A stretch of 64,000 nt of DNA from Patescibacteria group bacterium (GTDB lineage: Bacteria > Patescibacteriota > Patescibacteriia > JAXHNJ01). Made by a program: the position numbers and the translations under genes. The DNA lies in the NCBI GenBank assembly GCA_041649715.1, contig JBAZMP010000003.1, forward strand, positions 100,894-164,893. Reading direction: 5' to 3'. Of this stretch, positions 9,013-17,530 are shown piece by piece; the stretch's first letter is position 1, and every line of letters starts with the position of its first letter. The notes under the pieces are model-generated. The model did no database searches. It worked only from the letters and a program-made list of their open reading frames with translations, and was not told the origin of the DNA.

Positions 9013-11043
9013 ATGTCTTTTATCGCTATGCTGATAACGAGAGTAAAAACGGAGCGGTGGGCGGTTATTGCCGTCTTTCTGGCGCCTTTTATTATCTTCT
9101 CGCAAAAAATTTTCCGGAACATCCCCCTTTCCTACGGGGATTACTTAAGCCAGTACTATATCTGGCAGTCGTATCTCGTCAATGCCCTCAAATCTTTCCG
9201 CCTCCCTCTCTGGAACCCGCATGTTTTTTCCGGCACCCCGTTTTTGGCCAACCCGCAGGCCGCCGCCTTCTACCCTTTAAACTGGCTGAAGATCCCCTTT
9301 GCCAGCGGCGGATTCCTGCCTTTTTACGTTTTTCAAACTTTTACGGTCATGGAGATCAGCTTGGGGGCGATCTTTTTTTATCTGCTGGTGAAATATTATA
9401 CCAAAAAAATTGCCCCCGCTTTTTTTTCCGCCCTAGTTTATTGTCTTTCCCCCGTCATCCTTGTTTTTTTCCTAGATTGGGTGACCATCCTTTCCGTCAT
9501 CACCTGGTGGCCTCTGACGATTTTGTGGACGGAAAAATTTTTCGAAAATTATAAACGCCGTTATTTAATCTATTTGATATTCACCCTTTCTCTTGCCTGG
9601 CTGGGCTGCCATCCCGGTCAATTCTTCCTCAGTTTTGCCGGCTTAATAATTTTCTGGTTCATTAAAAGTGTGAAGAAAAGAAATTTGCCTGTCTTGGCCT
9701 GGCTGATCGTCATCTCATTCTTTACCCTTGCTTTGGTGGCCATCCAGATAATCCCGGCCTTCGAATTCATGCTCCGCGCTTCCCGCGCTGAAATGATATA
9801 CGCCATCGCCCCCTCCACCCCCTTCACTTTAAGCAACTTGGCCGGATTTTTCACCCCGGAAAGTTATTCCCATCTTCCTACCGCTGTCGGGATCATCGCG
9901 ATGTTTTTTGTTGTCCTATCCTTTTTTGGCGCCAAAAAAAATAAATATATAAAGACGTGGATACTCTTTTTGCTGATCAGCCTACTTCTATATGCTTTCT
10001 GCGCCGTTTTCGGCCTGCGGCTGACGAACAGTCCCGTCTTATATAACCTCATCCGTTACACGGAAAGAATGCTTTATTATCCTGTTTTTTCTCTGGCGTT
10101 GCTGGCCGGTTTCGGCCTGCCGATATTCTTTGACCTCGTTATCAACAATCGCCGAAAAATACTCATTATTTTTATTTTCTTTTCACTGGCCGCCCTAACA
10201 TTTATTTCTTTGGGCGCTTCGGTAAAATCCCTGTATATAAGCCTGACAGCGCTTGTCCTTCTTGCTTTTTTGATGTTTATTTTTTCCCGACACGAAAAAT
10301 GGCAAAGGATTATCGCCGGCCTCATCATCCTTGTAAATTTAGCCTTCACAGGTTATTTTTACGCGGAAATAATCAATCCGAAAAAACAGCAGAATATCCA
10401 AGACTATCTGACTGCCCACCGTCTCGCCCCGGCCGAGCCCGATCCCATTCCAAAAAACAAATTTTTTAAAAACTCAGCCATGATATATGGCAGGTATGCG
10501 ACCGAGGGCTGGGATTCACTTATCCTTTCCAGTTATGAAAAAGTAAGCGCCAGCCAAAATATTAAAAACCTTCCCCGTTTCTGGCTGGTAAGCGAGGTAA
10601 AAAAACAGCCGACGCAAGAGGCGGCGGCAAAAATATTGAACGAGGAAATAATCGACCTAAAAACCTACGGTTTGGTCACCGGGGAATTTGCTTGGGAGAA
10701 CAAAAAAGCCGCGACGGGGAATAAAATTGATATTATCGCGGAAAAACCGGAAAAAATTGAACTGGCCGTCTCGTCAAACCAACCGAGCATTTTAGTCGTC
10801 AAAGACAGCGATTATCCCGGCTGGCAAGCCAGCCTCGACGGACAAACGGTAAAAATCGAGCGGATAAACGTCTATATGCGGGCAATAAAAATGCCGGCGG
10901 GAAACCACAAAATAACCATGAAATACCAGCCCGTAAGTTTAAGAATCGGCGCCGCCGTCAGCCTTATCACCATTTTACTGCTGATCGGCTATCTTATCTT
11001 TCTTTCCAAACCAAAAAACTTGACACAAAAAAAATTCCCTTAG
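9013..11043 (+). CDS. YfhO-family polytopic membrane protein (putative glycosyltransferase)
   Basis: More than 10 predicted TM helices. The C-terminal extracytoplasmic tail (..DSDYPGWQASLDGQTVKIERINVYMRAIKMPAGNHKITMKYQP) is typical of YfhO-like proteins. Confidence 0.6.
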   Translation: MSFIAMLITRVKTERWAVIAVFLAPFIIFSQKIFRNIPLSYGDYLSQYYIWQSYLVNALKSFRLPLWNPHVFSGTPFLANPQAAAFYPLNWLKIPFASGGFLPFYVFQTFTVMEISLGAIFFYLLVKYYTKKIAPAFFSALVYCLSPVILVFFLDWVTILSVITWWPLTILWTEKFFENYKRRYLIYLIFTLSLAWLGCHPGQFFLSFAGLIIFWFIKSVKKRNLPVLAWLIVISFFTLALVAIQIIPAFEFMLRASRAEMIYAIAPSTPFTLSNLAGFFTPESYSHLPTAVGIIAMFFVVLSFFGAKKNKYIKTWILFLLISLLLYAFCAVFGLRLTNSPVLYNLIRYTERMLYYPVFSLALLAGFGLPIFFDLVINNRRKILIIFIFFSLAALTFISLGASVKSLYISLTALVLLAFLMFIFSRHEKWQRIIAGLIILVNLAFTGYFYAEIINPKKQQNIQDYLTAHRLAPAEPDPIPKNKFFKNSAMIYGRYATEGWDSLILSSYEKVSASQNIKNLPRFWLVSEVKKQPTQEAAAKILNEEIIDLKTYGLVTGEFAWENKKAATGNKIDIIAEKPEKIELAVSSNQPSILVVKDSDYPGWQASLDGQTVKIERINVYMRAIKMPAGNHKITMKYQPVSLRIGAAVSLITILLLIGYLIFLSKPKNLTQKKFP

Positions 11044-11100
11044 ATAAAAAGAACTTCCTAAAGGATATTTTCGGCCCAAAGGCATGCTCTAATAATAAAA

Positions 11101-12366
11101 TTAACGGCGGCGGAAATTTCTGTTCCGACCGCGAAAGGACCGGCTGGTTTGATATTGCCTTCCGGTTCGAATTATTTTGGCTCCGCCGCCTATAATCCGG
11201 CGCGGCGGCAAAACCGGCAAAGCGGTAACCGGAATTGTTTTCTTGATAAGCTTTTCAATATACTTAACCGTTCTTAGCTCTTCCCGGCCGACAAAAGAAA
11301 CGGCCCGGCCCGCCCGGCCGGCGCGAGCCGTGCGGCCGATCCGGTGCACGTAATCATCCGGATTATCCGGCAAATCATAGTTGAGGACGATGGAAATATT
11401 GTCCACGTGGATGCCGCGGGCGGCGATATCGGTCGCCACCAGCACGCGGTATTTGCCGGTCTTGAATCCCGCCATCGCGGCTTGTCTTTGAGTCAAAGAC
11501 CGGTTCGAATGAATTTCCGTCGCCGAATGCCCCATCTCCCTGACTTGCGCGGCGATCTTTTTGGCGCCGTGTTTGGTGCGTGAAAAAACCAGGAACGTAC
11601 CGGCATTGTCAGACAATAATTTTTCTAGGAGCTGGACCCGCGCATCCTTGGCCACGATAAATATTTCTTGTTCCACTTCGGCAACGGTCGTGCCGGACGG
11701 CGCCACTTCAATGCGCCAGGGCATTTTCATAAAGCGTGCCGCCATCGCTGAAACCTCCTTAGGCATCGTCGCCGAAAACATCAGCGTCTGGCGATCCTTA
11801 GGGGCGAAGTTTAAAATCTGTCTGATCTGCGGCATAAAACCGATATCGAGCATCCTGTCCGCTTCGTCTATGACTATTATTTTTACTTTTTCCAGAGTGA
11901 GATTTCTTTTTTGCAGATGATCAATTAAGCGCCCCGGGGTAGACACAATGACGTGTGGCTGGCGGCGTAACGCCTGAATCTGCAGATTAGCTGAAGCGCC
12001 GCCGATCAGTACGACGGTGCGCAGACCGAATTTATGCCCGATCTTGTGAAAAACCTCATCCACCTGCAAAGCCAATTCGCGGGTCGGCAGTAAAATCAAT
12101 CCCTGGCCCTTATGCCGACCGAGTATTTGAATCATCGGCACGCCATAAGCGAGTGTTTTGCCCGTGCCGGTCTGGGCGATCCCCACGATATCCCTGCCTT
12201 CTAGCGCGGCCGGGATGCATTGATGCTGAATAGGCGTGGGCAAAGTGAAACGCAGATGCTTTAAAACCTCAAGCAAAGCCGGAGCAATGCCCAGGTCATT
12301 GAAGCTGGAGGGAATTTTATTCGTTTGTGTCATAAAAAAGGGTGACCCGATTTTCCATTGGGTCAT
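11101..12366 (-). CDS. DEAD-box ATP-dependent RNA helicase
   Basis: Motifs AQTGTGKTLAY (I), PTRELA, DEAD (II), SAT (III) and HRIGRTARAGRAG (VI). Start uncertain: the ORF-track start at 12411 is a TTG, so ATG at 12366 or 12333 is more likely. Confidence 0.85.
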   Translation of the reverse strand: MTQWKIGSPFFMTQTNKIPSSFNDLGIAPALLEVLKHLRFTLPTPIQHQCIPAALEGRDIVGIAQTGTGKTLAYGVPMIQILGRHKGQGLILLPTRELALQVDEVFHKIGHKFGLRTVVLIGGASANLQIQALRRQPHVIVSTPGRLIDHLQKRNLTLEKVKIIVIDEADRMLDIGFMPQIRQILNFAPKDRQTLMFSATMPKEVSAMAARFMKMPWRIEVAPSGTTVAEVEQEIFIVAKDARVQLLEKLLSDNAGTFLVFSRTKHGAKKIAAQVREMGHSATEIHSNRSLTQRQAAMAGFKTGKYRVLVATDIAARGIHVDNISIVLNYDLPDNPDDYVHRIGRTARAGRAGRAVSFVGREELRTVKYIEKLIKKTIPVTALPVLPPRRIIGGGAKIIRTGRQYQTSRSFRGRNRNFRRR

Positions 12367-12520
12367 CCTGACACAAAAGATTCGAGTCGTTGGCCGCCTA
12401 AATACGACCAAAATTTATTAATACATTATGTATAACAAAAAAAACCACTTATGTCAAAAAGAGGGAATTAAAATCACCTGACAACAAGTGCTGCCTGGAC
12501 GTGGCACCGGTAAATTGTTT

Positions 12521-12928
12521 CTAAGCGGTTGGTGACGGCTTACTGATGTCTTTCTTCTTTACGCCGACAAGCATCGAACCGACCGCCTGAGCGATAAATA
12601 ACAGATAGGCAACCCAGCTGGCCAGAAAGATGCCCTGCGTGCCGTTCACTAAGAGCATCACCACCATGAACACGGTCGTCATGCCTGACCATAACAGACC
12701 GGCGATAACCGCTTGTTTCCGGCTAACCGGTTTAAGCCACCGACCAAAGGCATAGGAAATAATAATCAAGAAACCGACGACGATGGCCATGCCCAAGGGA
12801 GGCGGGGCGGTCATTTCGGCCCCCTCTTTAACCCCGTAGATAAGAGAAATAATAAAGATGGCGATCATCAATAAGAACCATTGCAATAGGCCGAAGGCAA
12901 AAATTTTAATGATAAATATTTTGTTCAT
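12521..12928 (-). CDS. Hypothetical small membrane protein
   Basis: 135 aa with about 4 TM helices. Confidence 0.45.
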   Translation of the reverse strand: MNKIFIIKIFAFGLLQWFLLMIAIFIISLIYGVKEGAEMTAPPPLGMAIVVGFLIIISYAFGRWLKPVSRKQAVIAGLLWSGMTTVFMVVMLLVNGTQGIFLASWVAYLLFIAQAVGSMLVGVKKKDISKPSPTA

Positions 12929-12974
12929 ATATAAAGGATAGTTTTTGCTCAGGTGGCGTTGCCAACGTTTTAGT

Positions 12975-13049
12975 TGGCAGGGGCGCCTGGATTCGAACCA
13001 GGAATAATGCTTTTGGAGAGCATTGTGATAGCCATTTCACTACACCCCC
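12975..13049 (-). tRNA. tRNA-Trp (anticodon CCA), CCA encoded
   Basis: Minus-strand cloverleaf GGGGGTGTAGTG..ATGCT-CTCCAAA-AGCAT..GGTTCGAATCC..CGCCCCTGCCA. Anticodon loop CUCCAAA. Confidence 0.8.
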
Positions 13050-13354
13050 AGATAATAGATACGGATTATTTCAATTCCTTATGCCCCGTATGCTTACGGC
13101 ACCATCGGCAGTGTTTTTTTAGCTGCAGTTTTTCTTTAACGGTCTTTTTGTTCCTTTTGGAATAATAATTGACGTGTTTGCACACCGTGCATTGGAGTTT
13201 GACGAGATTGTCCTGGGACATGAATTTAAGTTGATTTAAGTTGATTAGTTTATTGAGTTAATTAAGATCATTTTTGACTTGATAAATAGTTGAAATATTT
13301 ATTTAAGCCGACTAGTAATCCTTCATATTCTCGGTCAATTTCTGCAAACGCCTT

Positions 13355-13427
13355 AGCCCACGGTCAGATTCGAACTGACGACCTACTGTTTACAAAACAG
13401 TTGCTCTACCAGCTGAGCTACGTGGGC
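13355..13427 (-). tRNA. tRNA-Thr (anticodon UGU), no encoded CCA
   Basis: GCCCACGTAGCTCAGCTGGTAGAGCAACTGTTTTGTAAACAGTAGGTCGTCAGTTCGAATCTGACCGTGGGCT. Anticodon loop UUUGUAA. Confidence 0.8.
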
Positions 13428-13536
13428 TCGGGCTAAGGCGGGCGGGTCTACCAACTGTCACCCAGAGGGTGATCCGCCTCTGGCGGAAGCTACGTCGGCC
13501 TGTCAGATTTAAGAAAAACGTAATATCCATCCCCAG

Positions 13537-13623
13537 TGGTGGGCAGGGTAGGATTCGAACCTACGAAGCCCGGAGGGCAGCAGATTTACAGTCTGCCCCA
13601 TTTGACCACTTTGGTACCTGCCC
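13537..13623 (-). tRNA. tRNA-Tyr (anticodon GUA), class II long variable arm, CCA encoded
   Basis: GGGCAGG..GCAGA-CTGTAAA-TCTGC-TGCCCTCCGGGC..GTAGGTTCGAATCCTAC-CCTGCCCACCA. Confidence 0.8.
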
Positions 13624-13668
13624 ACCACTGGGGACGAAAAATATTTATTAATTAAACAACATTGGATT

Positions 13669-13697
13669 CGCCGTGTACCAGTAAACGGTACACGGCG
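13669..13697. other. Perfect 11-bp/7-nt-loop hairpin (cgccgtgtacc-agtaaac-ggtacacggcg) between tRNA-Tyr and its partial copy
   Basis: Perfect palindrome with no adjacent U-run. A processing or stability element rather than a canonical terminator. Confidence 0.4.
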
Positions 13698-13722
13698 ACG
13701 TGATCCCTCCAGTGGTTCACGT

Positions 13723-13795
13723 CGAACCTACGAAGCCCGGAGGGCAGCAGATTTACAGTCTGCCCCATTTGACCACTTTGGTACCTGCCCACTAT
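13723..13795 (-). pseudogene. Partial duplicate of tRNA-Tyr (5' end through variable arm; T-arm and 3' acceptor strand replaced)
   Basis: 13723-13791 is identical to 13555-13623 of the intact tRNA-Tyr. The downstream part ('gtgatccctccagtggttcacgt') cannot form a T-arm or acceptor stem. Confidence 0.65.
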
Positions 13796-13889
13796 TGTTT
13801 TCAATAATTGTTTTTAAGTAACTTTTTGAATGCCTTCCCGCCTTTATTAGAATATATACATTATACATTACACATAATACATAATTGAT

Positions 13890-14170
13890 ACAGATTTATG
13901 CCGCCTTTGTCGGCACCCCGGCCGCGGGCGGTGGCAGTCTGTCCATTTACCTGTCCGCCTCGGTTGGAACCGCGGAGCCTGCCCCGAGCTAAGTCAAGGG
14001 GGTACCTGCCCCTAGATTGTCAAAAAGGATGAAGCCCAAAAGCGGATTTGTTACCCTACGGGTGATCTCCCGAAGGGAGATACCGATGATCCTTCGTTTA
14101 CCCTCAGGACAAGCTCTACTCCTTACCCCTCCTTCGCCTACGGCTTCGGAGGGCAGACATGTAGTTGTAA
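13890..14170 (-). other. G+C-rich unassigned, probably structured RNA-like element inside the tRNA cluster
   Basis: About 280 bp of locally high G+C with many short helices (gatctcccgaagggagatc, cggcttcgg, cctgccccgag/cctgcccctag) between two minus-strand tRNAs and co-oriented with them. No convincing ORF. RNase P RNA, tmRNA and SRP RNA signatures are not recognisable by eye. Confidence 0.3.
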
Positions 14171-14183
14171 TTTGTCTGCGGCC

Positions 14184-14259
14184 TGGAGCCGATGGTCGGA
14201 TTTGAACCGACGACCTACTCCTTACCATGGAGTTGCTCTACCAACTGAGCTACATCGGC
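14184..14259 (-). tRNA. tRNA-Thr (anticodon GGU), CCA encoded
   Basis: GCCGATGTAGCTCAGTTGGTAGAGCAACTCCATGGTAAGGAGTAGGTCGTCGGTTCAAATCCGACCATCGGCTCCA. Anticodon loop AUGGUAA. Confidence 0.8.
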
Positions 14260-14290
14260 ATCCCCAGGCCGCAGACAAATTTAAATTTAT

Positions 14291-15181
14291 TTACAAAGAA
14301 TCTATCTGTTTTTTTATTTCCTCGAGTTTTTTGTTCTCCGGATTGACGGCCTGCAATCGGTCAAAGGTCCTGATCGCCAAACCCTTATTTTTCATCTCCA
14401 GACAAACCTGGAGAAGATTATGCAAAATCTTGGGATTTTTAGGTTCTAGTTTTAAAGCCTCTTGGCAGCAGTGTAAAGCCTTGTCTGTCTGACCTAAAGC
14501 CTGATAAACACGGGCTAAATCCAGGTAGTAGGAGGGTTTTTTGTTATTATAAGTGATAGAAGCTAAAAGTTCTTCTTCCGCTTCTTTCAGGTTTCCCAGC
14601 GAAGAAGCGACCAGTCCAAGACCGGAAAGGGCCTGATCATCGGACGCGTTCAATTTAATAAGGAATCGGAATATCTCTTTAGCATGCTCGAAATCCTTCA
14701 TTTCGAGGTAGAGATCGCCCAAATAATGATAGGCGTCTAAATTTTTCGCGTCAAGGCTTAAGACCTCAACACATTTGCCTTCCGCTTCCTTAAAAAGTTC
14801 CCGGTCCTTCAAGGCTCCTGCTTCGCTTAAAAGACTGGAAATTTTCCGCTCTTGTTCGCTTTTTTCTTCCAGGGTGGTCGGGGTTTTGCTTCGGCGCTGA
14901 TATCTTTTTTCCAGTTCGATGATATTCTGGCGCCAATTCCGGGCCTGGTTTTCCAATTTTTTATACACAGGACGGCTATACTTGCTGACTTTTTGAAAAA
15001 GGTTCGAGGCTTTCCTTTTTAGTTTTTGTTCGATCAATTGTTCTTTGACCTGATTCTCCTTTTCTTGGGGCACTTTTTTGATGTCAATGACGCTTAAAAC
15101 GGGAAATTTTCTGATAATAATAATGATGATAACGCTTATAGCGATTAGACCGATGAGGCCGGTGATAATATCTATCAGCAT
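14291..15181 (-). CDS. TPR-repeat protein with N-terminal membrane anchor
   Basis: N-terminal TM helix, then several 34-aa TPR-like units (AYHYLGDLYLEMKDFEHAKEIF.., YYLDLARVYQALGQTDKALHCCQEAL). Confidence 0.55.
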   Translation of the reverse strand: MLIDIITGLIGLIAISVIIIIIIRKFPVLSVIDIKKVPQEKENQVKEQLIEQKLKRKASNLFQKVSKYSRPVYKKLENQARNWRQNIIELEKRYQRRSKTPTTLEEKSEQERKISSLLSEAGALKDRELFKEAEGKCVEVLSLDAKNLDAYHYLGDLYLEMKDFEHAKEIFRFLIKLNASDDQALSGLGLVASSLGNLKEAEEELLASITYNNKKPSYYLDLARVYQALGQTDKALHCCQEALKLEPKNPKILHNLLQVCLEMKNKGLAIRTFDRLQAVNPENKKLEEIKKQIDSL

Positions 15182-15190
15182 ATTAAAATA

Positions 15191-15970
15191 TTATTTTTTT
15201 TCCAATGATATTTCCGTTTCGTTTCCGTCTTCAAATCGGACCCGGTAAGATTCCTTGACGATATTCCAGGCCACCACTTTGCCTCTGCCCTTTTTGGTCT
15301 TAACCAGGCTTTCCATAGGCGGAAACTTCGCCTTTAATTCTTTATAATAAGCCTCCTCAAAGGAAAGACAGCACAAAAGCCGGCCACAGGCCCCCGATAA
15401 TCTCTCGCTGCCCCGATGAGCCACTTGCTGGTCGCGCGCGAGATCTGTAGTGACATTCCCCAGCTTTTTCATGAACTTAATGCAGCAAAGTTCGCGGCCG
15501 CAGGCCCCGAACCCGCCTTCGCGCCGGGCCTCGTCGCGCATGCCGATTTGCTGCAGCCTTATGGATTTTTGAAAATGCCGCGTCAGATCTTTGACCAAAT
15601 CCCTGAAATCCACCCGGCCGTCGGCGACGAAAGCAAAGGTCAGCCGGCCGCCGTCAAAAGAGAAATGGGTATCAATCAGTTTCATGGGCAAATTCTGCTT
15701 TTTTATCATATCGCGGCAGTAGCTTTCCGCCTCAATCTTTTTCCGGGAAAATTCCTGGGCTTGCCGGCATTCCTCCTCACTGGCCTGACGGATAATTTTC
15801 TCCGCGGTTTGGCCGGTCCCCTCATTACTTTCAAAAAAACCGGTAACCTGACCAAGCTCCTGGCCGTTTTCGATCTTCACTAAAACCCGCTCGCCGACGG
15901 CCAGCTCGAATTCGGGATAGCTTACCGTGTTTTCCGCCCAAGGATAAATTTTCAAGCGTACAAAACGCAT
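15191..15970 (-). CDS. PSP1 C-terminal domain protein (RicT/YaaT-like)
   Basis: Conserved paired GACGRELCC / GACGRLLCC motifs characteristic of PSP1/YaaT. Confidence 0.7.
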   Translation of the reverse strand: MRFVRLKIYPWAENTVSYPEFELAVGERVLVKIENGQELGQVTGFFESNEGTGQTAEKIIRQASEEECRQAQEFSRKKIEAESYCRDMIKKQNLPMKLIDTHFSFDGGRLTFAFVADGRVDFRDLVKDLTRHFQKSIRLQQIGMRDEARREGGFGACGRELCCIKFMKKLGNVTTDLARDQQVAHRGSERLSGACGRLLCCLSFEEAYYKELKAKFPPMESLVKTKKGRGKVVAWNIVKESYRVRFEDGNETEISLEKK

Positions 15971-15982
15971 AGATTGAGAATG

Positions 15983-16573
15983 TTAATCGAGACTTAAGCG
16001 GACGAAACGCCTTATTTTTATATTTTCGCCTAAAATTGCGATTTTCTCTTTTATCAAGGCATCTATCGTCTTTTTATCATCCTTGATAAATGGCTGTTTC
16101 AAAAGGCAGACTTCCTCGTAGAATTTATTTATTTTGCCCGCCATGATTTTCTCTCGGATCTTTTCCGGCTTTCCCTCCGCTTTTAACTGCTCTCTCATGA
16201 TTTCTTTCTCTTTTTCCAGGATTTCCGGCGGCACCTCTGATGGCTCAAGGTAAGTGGGTGAAAACGCCACCACTTGCATGGCGATATCTTTGGCTAAATT
16301 TTTGAATTCCTCGTTGCGGGCGACAAAATCAGTTTCGCAGGCGATCGCCACCAAGGCGGCCACCCTGTTGTTCGTATGCATGTAGGAGACGACAAGACCC
16401 TGATGAGTTTGCCGGGCTTGTTTCTTTTGGACGATCTTTTCTCCCTTTTTCCTTAAAAAATCAACCGCCCGGTTCATATCGCCGCCGCTTTTTTCCAGGG
16501 CCTCTTTTATATCAATCACGCCGGCGCCCGTCTTTTCCCTTAATTCTTTGACTATATCCGTGTTTATTTTCAT
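15983..16573 (-). CDS. tsf: Translation elongation factor Ts
   Basis: N-terminal UBA-like ..LREKTGAGVIDIKEALEKSGGDMNRAVDFLRKKG... Lies downstream of rpsB as in the canonical rpsB-tsf pair. Confidence 0.9.
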   Translation of the reverse strand: MKINTDIVKELREKTGAGVIDIKEALEKSGGDMNRAVDFLRKKGEKIVQKKQARQTHQGLVVSYMHTNNRVAALVAIACETDFVARNEEFKNLAKDIAMQVVAFSPTYLEPSEVPPEILEKEKEIMREQLKAEGKPEKIREKIMAGKINKFYEEVCLLKQPFIKDDKKTIDALIKEKIAILGENIKIRRFVRLSLD

Positions 16574-16596
16574 ATGATCGCAATTTTATTGTTTAA

Positions 16597-17319
16597 TTAT
16601 TTTTCTTCCTTTGGCTTGTCCGCGGTTTCTTCTTTTTTGTCTTCCTCTTTTAAGGCCAGGGCTTCGGCAATCGTCCGCGTGATCAGTTCAATGGATTTTG
16701 TCGCATCGTCATTGGCCGGAATAACGTAGTCAATGCCTTCAGGATCGCCGTTGACATCCACCAGCGCGATTATGGGGATCTTCTTTTTCTTCGCCTCGCG
16801 GATCGCTGTCTTCTCAACAATGACATCAACCACGTAGAGGGCGTCGGGCACCCGGGTCAAATTTTCAATCCCGCCGATATTCTTTTCCATCTTTTCTATA
16901 TCTTCCAAAATTTTCATTCTTTCTTTTTTCTTGTATTTTTCCAGCTCACCGCTCGCCGCCTCGGCCTTGAGCTTTTTAAACCGGTTGATCATCTTCAGGA
17001 TGACGGAAAAATTCGTGAAGATGCCGCCGATCCACCGCTGGGAAATATAAGGCATTTTTGTCTTTTCGGCGTATTTTTTAATGATGTCGCGGGCCTGATT
17101 TTTGGTCCCGACAAAAAGAATCAGCCCTTTTTGCTCGGCGATTTTCTGGACGAAAGCGGCCGCTTTTTCCAGCCCCTCCTTGGTTTTTACCAGATTAATG
17201 ATCGAGATGCCGTTTCGCGAAGAAAATACAAAAGGCTTCATTTTAGGATAAAGCCGACCGACTTTATGGCCAAAATGAGCCCCGGATTTTAGCATCTCAT
17301 CTAAAGAGATTTCTTTCAT
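16597..17319 (-). CDS. rpsB: 30S ribosomal protein S2
   Basis: MKEISLDEMLKSGAHFGHKVGRLYPKMKPFVF.. and overall S2 pattern. Has a C-terminal acidic/lysine-rich tail. Confidence 0.9.
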   Translation of the reverse strand: MKEISLDEMLKSGAHFGHKVGRLYPKMKPFVFSSRNGISIINLVKTKEGLEKAAAFVQKIAEQKGLILFVGTKNQARDIIKKYAEKTKMPYISQRWIGGIFTNFSVILKMINRFKKLKAEAASGELEKYKKKERMKILEDIEKMEKNIGGIENLTRVPDALYVVDVIVEKTAIREAKKKKIPIIALVDVNGDPEGIDYVIPANDDATKSIELITRTIAEALALKEEDKKEETADKPKEEK

Positions 17320-17494
17320 ATTTTTTCTCCTTTTACTCCTCTATTCCGGCGGATTTTTGCTTTTTAGGGCTTTATTTTTCCATAAAAGCCAGGAGGCAAA
17401 AGCAGGCCAGAATATGTGTGATTTAATGTTATTAAACGCTTGTGTTTAATATTCTAACAAAAATCCCGTTCTTTGACAAGGAGCGGGACAAAAC

Positions 17495-17523
17495 TTGCCA
17501 AAAAGCCGGCCTTTTGCTAATAT
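17495..17523 (+). promoter_or_regulatory. Candidate promoter TTGCCA-17-TGcTAATAT immediately upstream of rpmE (would give a leaderless or near-leaderless mRNA)
   Basis: 'ttgcca' at 17495-17500 and extended -10 'tgctaatat' ending at 17523. The rpmE ATG is at 17531. Confidence 0.3.
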
Positions 17524-17530
17524 AAACCAT

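Noticed and set aside
9057-9554. 165-aa + strand ORF nested in the yfhO gene in another frame
   Set aside because: Fully contained in a longer ORF with coherent polytopic-membrane and YfhO features. Alternative-frame artefact.
12409-12411. ORF-track start codon of the DEAD-box helicase
   Set aside because: The codon is TTG with no SD. Downstream in-frame ATGs (12366, 12333) are more plausible.
13890-14170. Assignment of the GC-rich element as tmRNA or RNase P RNA
   Set aside because: I cannot find a tRNA-like 3' end or T-loop (GGUUCGA..CCA) or a tag ORF ending in ..ALAA for tmRNA. I also cannot find the P4 strands (GGAAAGUCCGGGC / ACAGAAxCCGGCUUA) of RNase P RNA. Only a single weak GGUAACA.AUCCG similarity. 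Left as unassigned pending a covariance-model scan.
12950-14290. tRNA cluster plus GC-rich blocks as an integrative mobile element
   Set aside because: No integrase, recombinase, transposase or phage-like ORF is present anywhere in the window. The partial tRNA-Tyr copy is suggestive, but the element cannot be delimited. Recorded as a finding rather than annotated as mobile_element.
14172-14492. 106-aa ORF overlapping tRNA-Thr(GGU) and the 3' end of the TPR gene
   Set aside because: It begins inside a tRNA gene on the opposite strand and overlaps a better-supported CDS. No RBS.
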